A stretch of DNA of 64,000 bases. It comes from Chiloscyllium plagiosum. Its lineage: Eukaryota. Location of the stretch: positions 3,758,860 through 3,822,859 of the forward strand of contig NC_057759.1 in the NCBI RefSeq assembly GCF_004010195.1, read 5' to 3'. Shown in pieces: positions 63,462 to 64,000 of the stretch (position 1 is the first letter of the stretch; each line of letters begins with the position of its first letter). A model generated the notes under the pieces. That model saw nothing but the letters and a program-made list of their open reading frames with translations. It was not told the DNA's origin and did not search any database. The translations under genes were made by a program, and so were the position numbers.

Positions 63462-63703
63462 TTATAGTCACCACTTGGAAAGGTTCACTTTGTGAAAACA
63501 TGTTCGCAATTAGACACTGGTAAGAGCCTCTAGTTTTACTGCAAACTCTTCCGCTGAAGTCATAAGATTTGAACTTGTAATAGTTTTTCTTATACCAGGA
63601 AGTCTTTATAAATCTGTTGTTGCACTGATACTTCAGAGTGAACCATTCTCCTTCTTGTTGACACCATCCCTGGGATTAGTTATGACGACCTCTGAATATT
63701 GGC
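63462..63703 (-). pseudogene. C2-type Ig-domain exon, frameshifted
   Basis: tttttgttcttcggcAG...GTACGT, 242 nt (3n-1). Reads GQYSEVVITNPRDGV, frameshift, then QEGEWFTLKYQCNNRFIKTSWYKKNYYKFKSYDFSGRVCSKTRGSYQCLIANMFSQSEPFQVVTI. Confidence 0.8.
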
Positions 63704-63854
63704 CTGCCGAAGAACAAAAACAATCATTTCTAATGAATGAAACATCAAGCGAAACCTTTCACTCTTCATCGCAGTTCATGCCTTTGATTTTTCTGCCCAA
63801 TGCAAAATATGCAATTGGTCGATTAATCAACGTTTCGCCTCATCAACACCTGTT

Positions 63855-64000
63855 CACCACCGACAAGGCACAAGTCCGGATTGTGAGGGAATACTCCCCA
63901 CTTGCCTTGATGGTTGCAGCTCCAGTAACAGTAGAGAAAATTAACACTATCTCGGGACAAATCAGCACCCACTTGATTTAAACTATATCGACAAATATCT
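63855..64000 (+). mobile_element. L2-clade LINE fragment
   Basis: KAQVRIVREYSPLALMVAAP remnant. Confidence 0.7.

Overview
Repeat-dense vertebrate DNA. The repeat families (HE1 V-SINEs, HER1/CR1 LINEs, Penelope-like elements) point to a shark or other elasmobranch; this is an inference, not a database match. There are three assembly gaps and no intact protein-coding gene. Most of the window is decayed CR1, L2-clade, Rex1 and Penelope fragments plus tRNA-derived SINEs. Between the repeats are three main non-repeat signals. (1) A minus-strand, multi-exon, type-I membrane Ig-superfamily receptor pseudogene at about 55.3-63.7 kb, with Fc-receptor-like C2 Ig exons, a TM exon and a Tyr-motif cytoplasmic exon; a possible leader exon of a second family member lies at 50.1 kb. 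(2) An old inverted segmental duplication of about 3-4 kb (about 1275-4445 vs 13100-17020). (3) Penelope-derived palindromes carrying minimal hammerhead-ribozyme cores. Also present are a 17-bp minisatellite, a GC-rich repeat of unknown type and two near-identical local tandem duplications. Repeat boundaries are approximate and were read by eye, and family names come from recalled consensus features.
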